Of a stretch of DNA of 64,000 nucleotides, positions 1 to 11,200 are shown piece by piece (within the stretch, counting starts at the first letter, position 1; the number at the start of each line of letters is the position of its first letter). A program made the translations under genes and the position numbers. The DNA is from Klebsormidium nitens. Taxonomy: Eukaryota > Plantae > Klebsormidiophyceae. Under the pieces are notes generated by a model. The model searched no databases, was not told the origin of the DNA, and saw nothing but the letters and a program-made list of their open reading frames with translations. The stretch lies in assembly GCA_000708835.1 (NCBI GenBank), contig DF237086.1, forward strand, positions 62,001-126,000. Reading direction: 5' to 3'.

Positions 1-490
1 AACAAGGGAGTTGCCACAACATCATCATGGTGCCAGTGACTCGCCCTGCAGAATTGCCGCATGCCTGCGTGTGCACAAGAGAGTGTGCAGTGTGCACACG
101 TCGTCAGCACAACGGCCAAACACCTGTACTAGACCTCATGAGGCTCGGGCTACCTACAGGCTAGGACCACCGTACCTATTTGCACTTTGATGCCAATTGA
201 ACAATGCTTCCACAATGCTCTACTAGTACCTCTGTCCCACGATGTCACAATGACCATAATTTCGACCCTCGCAACAGCCTCTTCTCAGTGGACCTTCTTT
301 CTGCCGGGGACATTTGTGAGACATAGTTGAAGAGCTGGATGCGCTGGTGCCTACGCCCGTGCTCTCGCGATCTGTGTGATACAAAGGCATTGCCGATGAG
401 CAGATCGAGAGCTGTCGAAGAAGTGCCCGCGGAGCTGATTGCAAGCCTTCAAGGTCGGGTGCGCCAAGGTGAAGGAGGTTGACACAAGCC

Positions 491-3400
491 ATGGCTGCTG
501 GCAATGTCCCCGACATGGCTCCATTATGCGTCATTCCAAAGAGCAGGGCAATTGGCCCACATTGTCAAACCAAGGCACCCCTCGTGAAGGTGCTGCTCTG
601 GACCGCACATTTCCTGTTGCTGTCTCTTGCGGGGAGCGCTGCTGCGCAGGGCCTGATCCCCGTGCCCGCGACAGTGACGCGCGAGCTCGGCGCGTACTAC
701 ATCAGCAAGCTGGGGCTGGCGGAGGGGGGCCTGGAATATTACGCGATTCTGTCGCAACGCAATGTCGGCAGCGACAACGCTTACCTGCAGATCAACGGTC
801 TGCCGGCGGCCGACTCCCCCAGAGATGCAGCGCATAAATTGTCCAACGTGCGGGGCGTTTACACGGCACAGTCGCTTGGGGGAAAGGTGACAGTCGAGAG
901 CTTTTACCGCCTACTGCGATGCGAGGACAGCACGTGCTTCACAATCAGCAGGCTGGCAGCAGCTGAGCTGGGGGGGGGGGCATATGGGCCAACATACCCC
1001 CTGACTCTGGTCAAGACGACAATGGGGAGTTCTTCCTGGCTCATCAATGCAAATCAGGGGGCTGTGAATTCTCTCCTGGCCTCCAATGGGGAGCGGCTGT
1101 ACAAAGATGCGGTCTTCAAGAGTTTCAGTCTGTATCACAAGCTGGTCACGAGGCCCAACCCCTGTAGTTCGGCGCTCCCCCTGACCCAGGCAGGCTCCCT
1201 TGCAGAGATCAAGGGCCTGCCTGGCTTTACGTGCATGAATTTGAGCGGGGCTGGCATAGTCGTTGCGACGTCAAGTGCTGTCATAACAAGCTGGATGGAC
1301 TCCAACGCCCTACCATGGAGCCAGTGCAACGGTTCGATGTTCCGTATGTATCAATCGCAGTACAATGTGGGGCCGAGTATTTGGAGGGTCATCCAAAGCC
1401 CAGGCAAGGTGCCGCTAACTATTCAGATCGACCTTCCGCCAAACACGCAGTCGTGCTATCTCTTCTTGACCATCGCCAACATCCTGCGAGCAGTCCTGGC
1501 GGTTCGCCAGTTCCCCTTTGACACGTCGGTGGGGCCCAAGGACGAGATCCTGCCCGCACTTGCCAGACTTGGGTTCAATGGCACCTGCGGACCAAGATTC
1601 GTTTACGGCTGGTATGGTGCATTCTCCGCGGGCCAGTTGGAGGCGCTGACTGAAGGCAACCCGGATCCAGACTTTGTAGCCTCGTTTCTGCCGTACAACA
1701 CAGCGCCGCCTGAGGTGTGCGTTTCAATGCTGGGCCAAAATCAACCTGCGGATGGCCTAAGGGCTGAGTCAGAGGACCAGTGCGCTCAGGTGTATTTCGG
1801 AAATGAGAGCCAAGTGCGGGAGGGCATCATCACGTCCAGGCAGCTCAGCCCCAATGCGTCGGCATCTGATGTTTCCTCTTACAAGTCGGATGTCGAAAGC
1901 GAGTGTGCCAGTTACAACCTCGGCATTGATCTGGTGCTGCCCCAAATTGCGGTGGATTTTGAGGCGGAGAAGAACCTTATGGCGTCATCCTCTGAGGTGA
2001 GGAACCCTGTTTGGTTGTCCGTTCTTCGTTGTTTCTTCACTTGGGCTCAGAGAGCTGCGACGCCTGCCGCAAAACAGCTTCTGATCCTGGAAACCTGGAC
2101 ATACGTGTTGAAACCTTTTTCGTGGATCACAACGCTCCTTTTGTTGGGTCAGAAAGCCAGGGAAACAAAGAAGACCAAAGACCTAAACAACCCTGGATGA
2201 TATTGTTCAACCAAGAGTATGCAGAGTAATAGGCAGCCAATTTGAACAACAAAACGAAGAGAGAGGGGCAACGGCGCCACTGGCAGAAAGCCACTCCCCC
2301 TCCCTCCCGGGAGCGAAGATCCCTGTAGAGGAGTGGGAGTCACTCCATCGAGTTGCCACTCACTAGGAGTGGCCCATCATGTCTACACATGTAGTCTTCA
2401 GTGAAGCTCCAAAGCGGGACAAGCGAATCGTTTGGACCGTCCTTTAGCATGCAGTCCCTTTATGCGATTCCTGTATGATGCAGTTCCATAACGTTGTTGC
2501 GAGACAAAGATGCTGCTGTCCGCTCACAGGATCTCGATACAACTCGAACAGTTTGCAACTCAAACAGCAGCTTGGAACAGGGCCTGATTGCAAGTCAGCG
2601 TCTGCGATTTAGTACCTCCCAGTCCATGCCCTGGCTTAGCTGCTCGTAAGAAGAACTTTATATCACGGTCTCCATTAGGCCTTTCTTGTCCTACAAGAAG
2701 CATATTGGCAGCCCCTGACAATATGCGGTACGCTGCCTGTTTGTAGGTGAAATTTCACCTGGACGGCGTTGCGGCTAACGCTGCGTCCGTTCTGGCCGTT
2801 GAATCAGCTCTTGCCACGTGCGGAATCATCGTCGCACGCATCATCGCTCGAACGGGGCTCTACCGCCGCCGGCGCGTGCGGAGCTCCATCGCGCGGGCCT
2901 CCTCAATGGTTGTCGCCGCGATTGTGATAACCATCTTCAACGTACCCAACTTCGCTCTCATCAGCCGCTCCCTTGACAACCACGAATCGCAAGCGATGTA
3001 CATGCAGGCAAGCTGACGTGTTTCTCATCACCTTACTTCAATATAGGCAGTTTCACATTGTTTCATTGAACTCAGTTCTCGTCTGCTCTTCCAAAGTACA
3101 ACGTTCGATGTTACGACAGCTGCCAGTGGTCCAAATTCCATTAAGCGCGGCGGTTTCAACTTTCATCCCCAGCGCCTGTTTGAATGCATGCTGTTGATTC
3201 CTTGTTGATGAAGGCTGTTGCTTACATGTGCTTCGGTCGTAAAAGCAACAGCCTGTAGTCCATTCCATCCATATTGAAACGTGCATGCCAAAATCAACAT
3301 TGACTCCTTGTGACGGCTCTACTTTAGTCTTGTATTATGGGCTTTGTTCGATAGATTCGTCTTTGCCTGGATTGCCAATCTCGGAACCATGTTCATGCAT

Positions 3401-5545
3401 AAGGGTTAACCCAAGACTTGACACACATTCCTTTTTCCCCATGTTCTTGACCCCACAACGGATGCTCCGTGTTAACAGACGCCTTTTTTGACTCAATCGG
3501 TACCCAGGTGAACATTAAGACCGTGTGCTGGCAACCGCTCCCAATAACGAAGGCTCCACTAAAACGACTCGCACACGCATCAAGAGCAGTGTCACAGACC
3601 CTGACGTCACTTTTCAGCTGGCGGCACCACCTTCCAAAGCTCTTAGAGATGTGCAGACAGACGAGACACGTCCACAGGCCCTGACGTCACACTCGAGCTG
3701 ACGTCACCACTTTCCGTGCGCGCAGGTCAGCGTGCACGACTACCGCCCGAGCAACTTCTCCGCTGTCTTGCGCGCGGAGACGTACTCGTTCGTCACAGTA
3801 CAGGGGTCGCGCGCGACGGCCGTGATCGGGTTGCTGCTCTACAGTGCGACCATGCTCCTCTGCCTCTACCTCACCTGGACTGAGTTCACCGAGATTATCT
3901 ACCGCAGGTAATTAAGCTTTTCACCTCGACCCCCTAGCATCCGATCTCGAGGTTATGACCTGAACATACCGAACGAAAGGTGACGCCTTCTTCTCTCTCC
4001 AGGTTCTGTCCTTGATGTTGTAGTGCGGCTTTCTTTGTCTTCTCTGCAAGCTCTGCCGTCCCCATTATAGCGTCTCAGCGTCCGGCCACCTCGTTTTTGA
4101 GATTTGACTCGATCTGACAAGATAGACACTGGCTGGTATCTTATTCCTTGGCATGCGTCCTCTTTTTTGCACGAGAACCAGCTTAAGGTCCCTTCTCTTC
4201 CCAGGTCGTGTCACCATCCGAAGCGTCCAATTGTAGTCCGAGTACAGGGTGTTGACCTAGACTCTTCTTCGTCCTTGTCATCGATCTGTTCGCTTTAGCA
4301 CATCATTCCTCTGCGGGTATGATCAAGTCCTTGGCTTAAGATCAGACCGAAATTCTGCTCTCATGCTGCCGCTCCTTGGCTCCTGTCCGTCTGCAAACGG
4401 TTTTCCAGCCGGTTCAGCCGTCTTTCCTTTCAGAATACGGAATGATTTCCCTATCTACGATGCAATCCGTTGCCAGATTTATCACGTCCAGGCTTGCCGT
4501 AGTGGACTACAGTAGAATCAACCCGTGCCCTGACATCAAAGCCGCCATCGTGTCAGCAATTAAGTGCAGATCCGATCGAGTCGACCCTTCGTGCTCTCTG
4601 ATCCGCAAGTTCATTGTTCCGGCTGGCTTCTGATCCTCTTACTTCGTTTATAGTTGCGCAGCGATCGGGCTCTGCCACGTGTTATCGTCATAATTGCAAA
4701 TAACCGCTCTCGCCGTATTGGGCTGGCGGGGAGGTTGGCTTGGTGCCGGCGAGTTTCATATGCAAAATTTGAAGAAGCCCGAATCGTCGGCAGAGACTTG
4801 CTGTCACCAACTTGAAGGCGTGCACGAATTGTTTTGTTTAAGATTTCATCTACACCCAAACAAAAAACGTCAACTGGAAATGTGACACGTGTGCGCAAGG
4901 AGGCCGCATGCAGAAGCCGGCTGTGGCAGGAAGCCCTTTACTCCAACTGTAGCTTGTTCAATTCAAAGCTAGAATGCTCAAACCAGAGACGTAGTTTTGA
5001 ATGCACCCCACAAAGTTCGTCGAACATTATCCTGCCACGTCTAATGTGCAGCGGGCCCGCAAAGAGCCGTCTTCGGCAGGACGTCCTCGTCGCCGATTGG
5101 CAAAAAGTTGCTCGCCCACAAACCCGTTTCCCTGACCCCACAAAGTTCGACGACTAATATTCTGCCACGTGTCCGCAGGGAGGCCGCCGAGAGCCGCCTG
5201 GGGCACGACGCCCTGATCGCCGACAAAGACCTGCTTGTGCAGTGGCGAGCGGCAGACAGTCTCGTCTACGACACTCTGCACCCCAAGAAGGTCGTCGAAA
5301 CGGCACGAGACCACGAGCTTGAGGTCATGCGGTTTAACCTGGCTCGCGCGGCACCGGCCCCGGGGCAAACGTCCCCGGCAACTAGAGAAACGAACGCGGG
5401 CTTTTCTCCGCGGGCGGCGCCTTCCCCCCGGGCGAGGGTGCCAAATGCTGGAGACTACTCGCCGCTCCGCGGCCCCCACGCAAGGTCCGACGGTCTTCCG
5501 TCTGGCGGACGGGGCAGAACGCCGGACCTGTACCCGGACGTCTGA
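491..5545 (+). CDS. Unknown signal-peptide, single-pass membrane protein (~771 aa, 4 exons)
   Basis: Exons 491-1996, 2747-3007, 3726-3907, 5179-5545 join in phase (0,0,2) with GT-AG/GC-AG sites. First ATG is at 491 (the ORF track starts at TTG 479). Hydrophobic leader VLLWTAHFLLLSLAGSAAAQ, putative TM AVIGLLLYSATMLLCLYLTW, Pro/Arg-rich tail ending TPDLYPDV. No family recognised. Confidence 0.7.
4880..5178 (+). repeat. Decayed tandem copies of the acceptor/exon-4 start within intron 3
   Basis: CACGT...GCAG/GAGGCCGC...AGCCG...GGCA(C/G)GA units at 4886, 5036 and 5166 (the real junction). CCCCACAAAGTTCG occurs at 5006 and 5136. Confidence 0.8.
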
Positions 5546-6346
5546 GCCGGGGATTTGAGGTGAGGGCTGAGCCGATTCCCACCAGGCGTCGCGCCTGCCG
5601 AGGGGCTGTTCGCACCGGGACCCCGCCTGTGGAAGTTGGGTGGTGATTGCGCCCTTCATCTGTGCATCCGTTGTCGGCTGCCGAATTTGGAAGTTCTGCT
5701 TCGGCGTATCAGCGCCTAGCGTTGGAAAGTCATGCCGCTCCGTTGTGAGAGCCTTTGCCGGGTCCCGTCAGTGTCTCACGAGCAGCCGGGATATGCTGGG
5801 TTAGACAGGGTTACGCAGGTTGCATTGGCTTGGTCGTCCAGAATGGATGCTGGTATTAAACCAGCATCCATTGAAAGCTTTCATGCTGGTATCAAACCGA
5901 AAGTCGTTCTGAGGGTGACAGTCCGGCGTTGGCGTTGCTTGCAGGAGACCGCCTGGACAGGCGGCGACATTGCAGCGAGCGATAAGGTTTGATTTTCCTT
6001 GGACGGAATGGATACGGGAATCATAGGGTAGATTGGAGTCCCTAGCTATAGATAATCAGTGGGTAGGAATGCTAGAGCAGCAGGCAGTGTTGTCAGTACT
6101 TACCAGATGAAGGTCGTAGATGAGGGTCGTAGATAAAGGTCGTTTGTGAGCTGGGTCTCGGACAAAAACGACTTTGCAAATCACACGTTCACCAAACTGG
6201 ATTAGAGGTGAGCTTCGTTTATCGAAGCGCCTTCGAGGTTTTAGGGTGCTATCTATTGTCGGTCGCTTGCAGAAAAGATTGACTATTGAAGAACAGAGTA
6301 GGATACATAGATGGACGGAACGGTAGGAATAAGTCCCTAGATGACT

Positions 6347-7020
6347 CTACCTTGGACAGACGTGTTGGGACCCAGCGGTAGTGGACCTGGCAGCCGCTAT
6401 CACTCTGCGAACAGTGCGCAAAACTGAGTCCGTTCCTCGAAGCCGAGATCCGGCCGGTCCGCCTGAGCCGCACTCAGTTGAGGATCTCAGACACTTCGTC
6501 GTCCGTGCGTCGCAATGCTTCCGAGCTCCCTGCGGCGAGCGCCGTTCTTGCAATCTTGCAATAGTTCTCCTTTCAAGTCCATCGAACTTATCGTGCTCAA
6601 GCAGTCTTCGCTTGCCCGTCGAAAGATTAAGCATACGATCGGACTGGCCATGCTCGATTGCGGCTAGCCTCCACTTAAGCTAGTGTACGGATAGACTGAC
6701 TCTCAGCAGAAGTTCCTTGCGCCAAGGCTTAAGAGCCTTCTTAGTGACGTTTACAGTTGTTGATAGCTTAGGATATAGAGTCTTCACATTTGTTTACCTT
6801 CTTTTCCAATCGGCGAGGATTGGCCCTGCGCAAAAGTGGAATAGATTCTTCTTCCAGAATGCGTGGTCGGTTAGATGCATAGGCTGACCGCCATCTCTTT
6901 CATAAGCTTTCTTTTGATATATGATACCAGTCCTACCGCCCCCTACGATATCCTCTCTTGCATTACATAAGCGTTGCTGACGCGACAGCGCCTTTGCACC
7001 TTAAAGAGACGGTTCCCCAC
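6347..7020 (-). pseudogene. Interrupted reading frame, probable decayed transposon or foreign gene relic
   Basis: One minus-strand frame runs ~220 codons with only about 3 internal stops (TAA/TAG). It includes DIVGGGRTGIIYQKKAYERDGGQPMHLTDHAFWKKNLFHF. No homology recognised. Confidence 0.25.
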
Positions 7021-8225
7021 CCGCTCAAAACCGCGGATTAATTTGACATACAGTCGCGATCTGACTAGCTAAGGTAAGAGTACACCGTGCATACACTATA
7101 TACCAGTCAATTCTGTGGGAAAGCATTTTGTCCAGAAGCCGTCTAAAGGCTGTCTAACCGTAACACATCAGTTTTCATTAGTTCGTTGCCAGAGAAGCTT
7201 TCCTTTCATCAGCGTACAAGAAAGCCAATCCCTCAATCGCGCCAGGAATCTGTTTAACCGTCGAAGTCGAGATCTTTCAATCATACGCTTCATATTTCGA
7301 GTCAAACCAAAAGGCTCGGCCGGAGCCCTTCTATCGTTGTACGTATATCATTGCAACATGGTCACGTTCAGTTATTGGAAGCTAGCTTCCCATCCATTTC
7401 ATGCCTTAAAGCATGCCGGCGGCTGATCCTTCGCACTTCATGCCCTCGCGAATGCCGCTGTCATGGAAGGAGTTTAGGTCGGAAGATCTCATCTATGGTG
7501 AATTCAAGCATGCACTTGTGACCAATCAATTTAAGTACATGATCGATCATATGGAGTCCAATCACGTGCCTGGCCGGCGCTAGCTCTCCGATATATTGCC
7601 CAGCTTGTACTGACGGGTGATAGGACAGCTTACATGATATGTGATGCTCGCAAATATGAAATCCAGTCAATATTGGACATGCAGTTGTGAACTGCATGCG
7701 AGCCGCGAAGCTCAACGCACACTTCAACGTCCGACCCTGTCCGACAAATCGGTATGCAGGCTCATGGTTGGTCGCAAGAATGGGAGTACGGAGGCCACGG
7801 GCGCGCGGGGGCAGCCCTCCAACGTTTTCTCACAAATATGCTTCAGGATTCGACTCGTTTTCAAGCACCTAGTCTCGCTAACTTAGCTCGCGCAACTCCA
7901 AGCGGACCTTGTCCGGTCTATGTATAGTCAGGCCCAACGGCCATACCATTGCTTCTACTGATCTGTGCTTGCTATCCTGCTAATCTCATAGGCATGTTCT
8001 GACGGCAACACGTCGTAATAGTTACCCAGGCCACACGCTAGTTGTGATAGCAGGTCGATACGGGCCTGCAACCCCCTACATTTTGAACGGTCCTAAGTCC
8101 GAGCGCTTCCTTTCCACTAAGAGTGGCATCGACTCTGATCATTCGTTCGGCGACCGCTCAACGCCTTATATAGCACGCAGACCCCACTCTCATGAAACCC
8201 GAAGGGGATTCATCCGTTTAAGCAA

Positions 8226-11200
8226 CTAAATACCGCTGCCGTTATTGAGCTCCATCTCATGCTGTCGCCGCACGGCATCCTCCCAGTCCTTGCAGAAGTC
8301 AAAGGCGACGTCTGCAAAGAAAATGACCTTAAAATCAGCACCTCATTCAAAGCACTTACGAAATTAGTGACCTCATCAGCAGTTTCCGCCAGAATCCTAT
8401 TCTGGCAACAATGCAATCTCACACCAACTAGATTTCGGGAAGCTGAGGCAGAGTTCTGATCTTCTCAGCGCCTGAGGCAGAGTGCTGATTTTTCCAGCGC
8501 CTCTCAAATTGTTTGAGCGAGACAGGGTGCTGACTTTGCAGCGCCTCCAACACATCGGGCCCCATGATGCCCCACGCAGTCGGCACCGAGAAATCGAAGC
8601 GTCACCTACTGTGGTCCATTGTGAGAGCAGGCACCTTGGCCGGCGACTCCCCGATGATCCTCGCTGGCGTTCCCGCCACCATGCTGCATTCGTAACAGGC
8701 GCAACGCAATCATAAAGGAGTATATGTAGCAGATGTCAGTGCTTTCCGTTGTGCCCGTCTTGAGAGTGGATTGGAAGAAGAGCCGACTGTCGCAGCGCGC
8801 TCAAAGCTGGATCAGCGCGTATTTGAAGAGAAATTGCTTCAGCGGATTGTTCAATTGGCAATCGGTGAATTCAAGAGAGGGAATTTGACAAAGGGGAACA
8901 AAATAGTCTCTGCCAAAACTTCGAGACTTCGAATAGTTGAGGCCCAAGCCCGCGCAGAACGGGAGACGTGCCACTGGAGATACTCGACAAGTGGTTGCCA
9001 ACACCGACGAAGAACGGGTATCGCCAGCTTACGGCTTTGACTTCGACTATAAAACCGCTTTCGGTACATCCAATTTACCGTTAAAACACATAACACGGGC
9101 CAACTGGACAAACCCCCTCAAGGCCTGATCAGAGACGGAACGACCATCATAAGAGAGTGGGGGGAGCGCACCTCTTCACGCCTTTCCAAGGACGATTATC
9201 GTGACACAAGGTGCGCCACCGGGAAAATCATTGCGTCCAGCGGTCAATGCACGGAAGGGCTTATCTCGGCACACCCTTGTCCATATACCCTACCTTCCGA
9301 CCTTCGTAGTGCGAAGCAGAAACACAAACTGCGACGAGAAGTTTACCTTTTGGGGGGCACGTCTTTCAGCACTAGAGCCGGCGGCTACCATCGCCCCTTA
9401 CTGCATCCTTTACGCAAAAAGAACACTACATCTAGCAGTCCTTTTGTTCAATACACAGCTCGAGTTAGCGACCACATTACCGGCGGAAGCTGGAAACGGA
9501 ATGCGGAATTGGAAAAGCCTTCAAAATCCCACCTTTTGGACGGCACGTCTTTCAGTACCAATGAGCCGGCGGCTACCATCGCCCCCTTGCCTACTTTGAT
9601 GTTGCCCAGAATGGTCGCGCCGGCCCCAATCAAACAGCCGTCGGCGATCTTGGGATGTCGGTCCCCGCAATCCTTCCCGGTCCCACCGAGTGTGACGCCC
9701 TGCAGAATACCAAGCGGTCAAATTGAGTGGGGAAAAAGCTCTAAGCTTGAGGATCACAAAATCGCGGCTTCCCGCCTTAAGCATTAGCGTGGAGCGTCAG
9801 GAAAGCTTCGCTGACGGGCTGAGGCATCCTCCGATTGCCAGGAAGGCCTCTGAAGAGGGGAAAGTAGGGAACAGCTTTACAATCCAAAGGGCATCCTTCC
9901 GTGCGCGCAGAGAAACAAGATGCAGCGCAGAATGCTGGTAAAGCAAGGAGCGAGTAACGCATATGATAACCGACAGCAGCGTCTAAATACGGAACCAACA
10001 ACCCATCGACGAAGGTGGTGAGGCTGCCGGTATGGAAGCAACAAGACTAAAAGTGCTGTGCGTTTTGACAGACACGTGGCAGAAAAGGTTTGGGTGTCTA
10101 ACACTGCAAGCGGCACCCTTACCTGCAGCAATGACACTCTGTCTCCGACCACTGCTGTCTCGCCGATCACAACGCCCGTCCCGTGGTCCATCAGGATGGC
10201 CTTCCCTATCCGTGCAGCTGCGAAATACAAGGATCAGTAGTGGTCGTAAGAATTTTGGCCTGCTCGGATGAGTCCGAAAGGTCGGTCTTAGATCAGCTTT
10301 GATTGTGAACATTTGCGCACATCTGACATCCAGGGCTCGGCTAGAAAGGTACGCAGTTCGTGAGTGTTGCGTTTGACTGGTCAAGGTTTGGCTGCCCAGG
10401 TCACCAAGATGCTCTCAGAAAGGCGTCAAGCATAAACGAGCGAGGTGGTTTCCAGTGTAAAATGCGGTTCCGCAGGAAATGGACCAAGGACAAGAGGACG
10501 CTGGACGAACGCAAGACGAAGACGTGGCAGACAGTACACGCAAAGCTCCTACGAGTCGCTGGCAAATCTCCGTAATCACAGGAGCAAACTGCTAGACGGT
10601 GTCGTGTAGGAGTCTGCTCAGATATCGAAAGCGCATCGCACAGGAGATGCACTCCGGCAAGTTTGTACGGGTTGCAAGGCTCACCCGGATGGATGTCCAC
10701 CGCAAAGACCTGCAAATGGAATGTCACGCGGAGTCAGTAACCCCGAGAAACTCCGAGCGTCAAGTGACGTCACGTTATATGATATCTTAAGCGACCCAAA
10801 TTAGGGCCGGAGACAGGCGTGCACTTATCGTGCCTCAAATCTGGATTTTAAAGTCTGCGGCAGTCATCGGCAGTCAAAGACTAAGCGAGCACACCTTGAT
10901 CGCCCTTTCATCTCAAGCGCAGAATTGGCCACAGAGAACGTTTGCCGTTAGAAGATTCCCAACTCGTTACTACGACACTTTTGGTATTGAAGTGGAGGAA
11001 AGCGCACTATTCTCAAACAAACGAACAGGCTCGGATAAACATACGACCCCGATGGAACGACCGACACTAAGGCTTATCAGCAGCGCGCCCCTCACCTCGC
11101 TAATCCTGCTCTGCATATTAAGCGCCAACACTTTCTGGCCCCTGTTCCACAGTGCGTGAGCTATGCGGTACGCTTGCAGCGCGTGGTAGCCCTGCGGGAA

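Noticed and set aside
2530-2645. Possible extra exon in intron 1 of the first gene (AG...GTAAG)
   Set aside because: Its 116 nt would break the otherwise phase-0 join between 1996 and 2747.
5027-5659. 210-aa minus-strand ORF
   Set aside because: Antisense shadow of the GC-rich last exon of the membrane-protein gene; Arg/Pro-rich, no domain.
8389-8415. Alternative SAT terminal exon reading NRILAETADEVTNF
   Set aside because: The exon at 8311-8226 joins in phase and gives the expected C-terminal Ile, so it was preferred.
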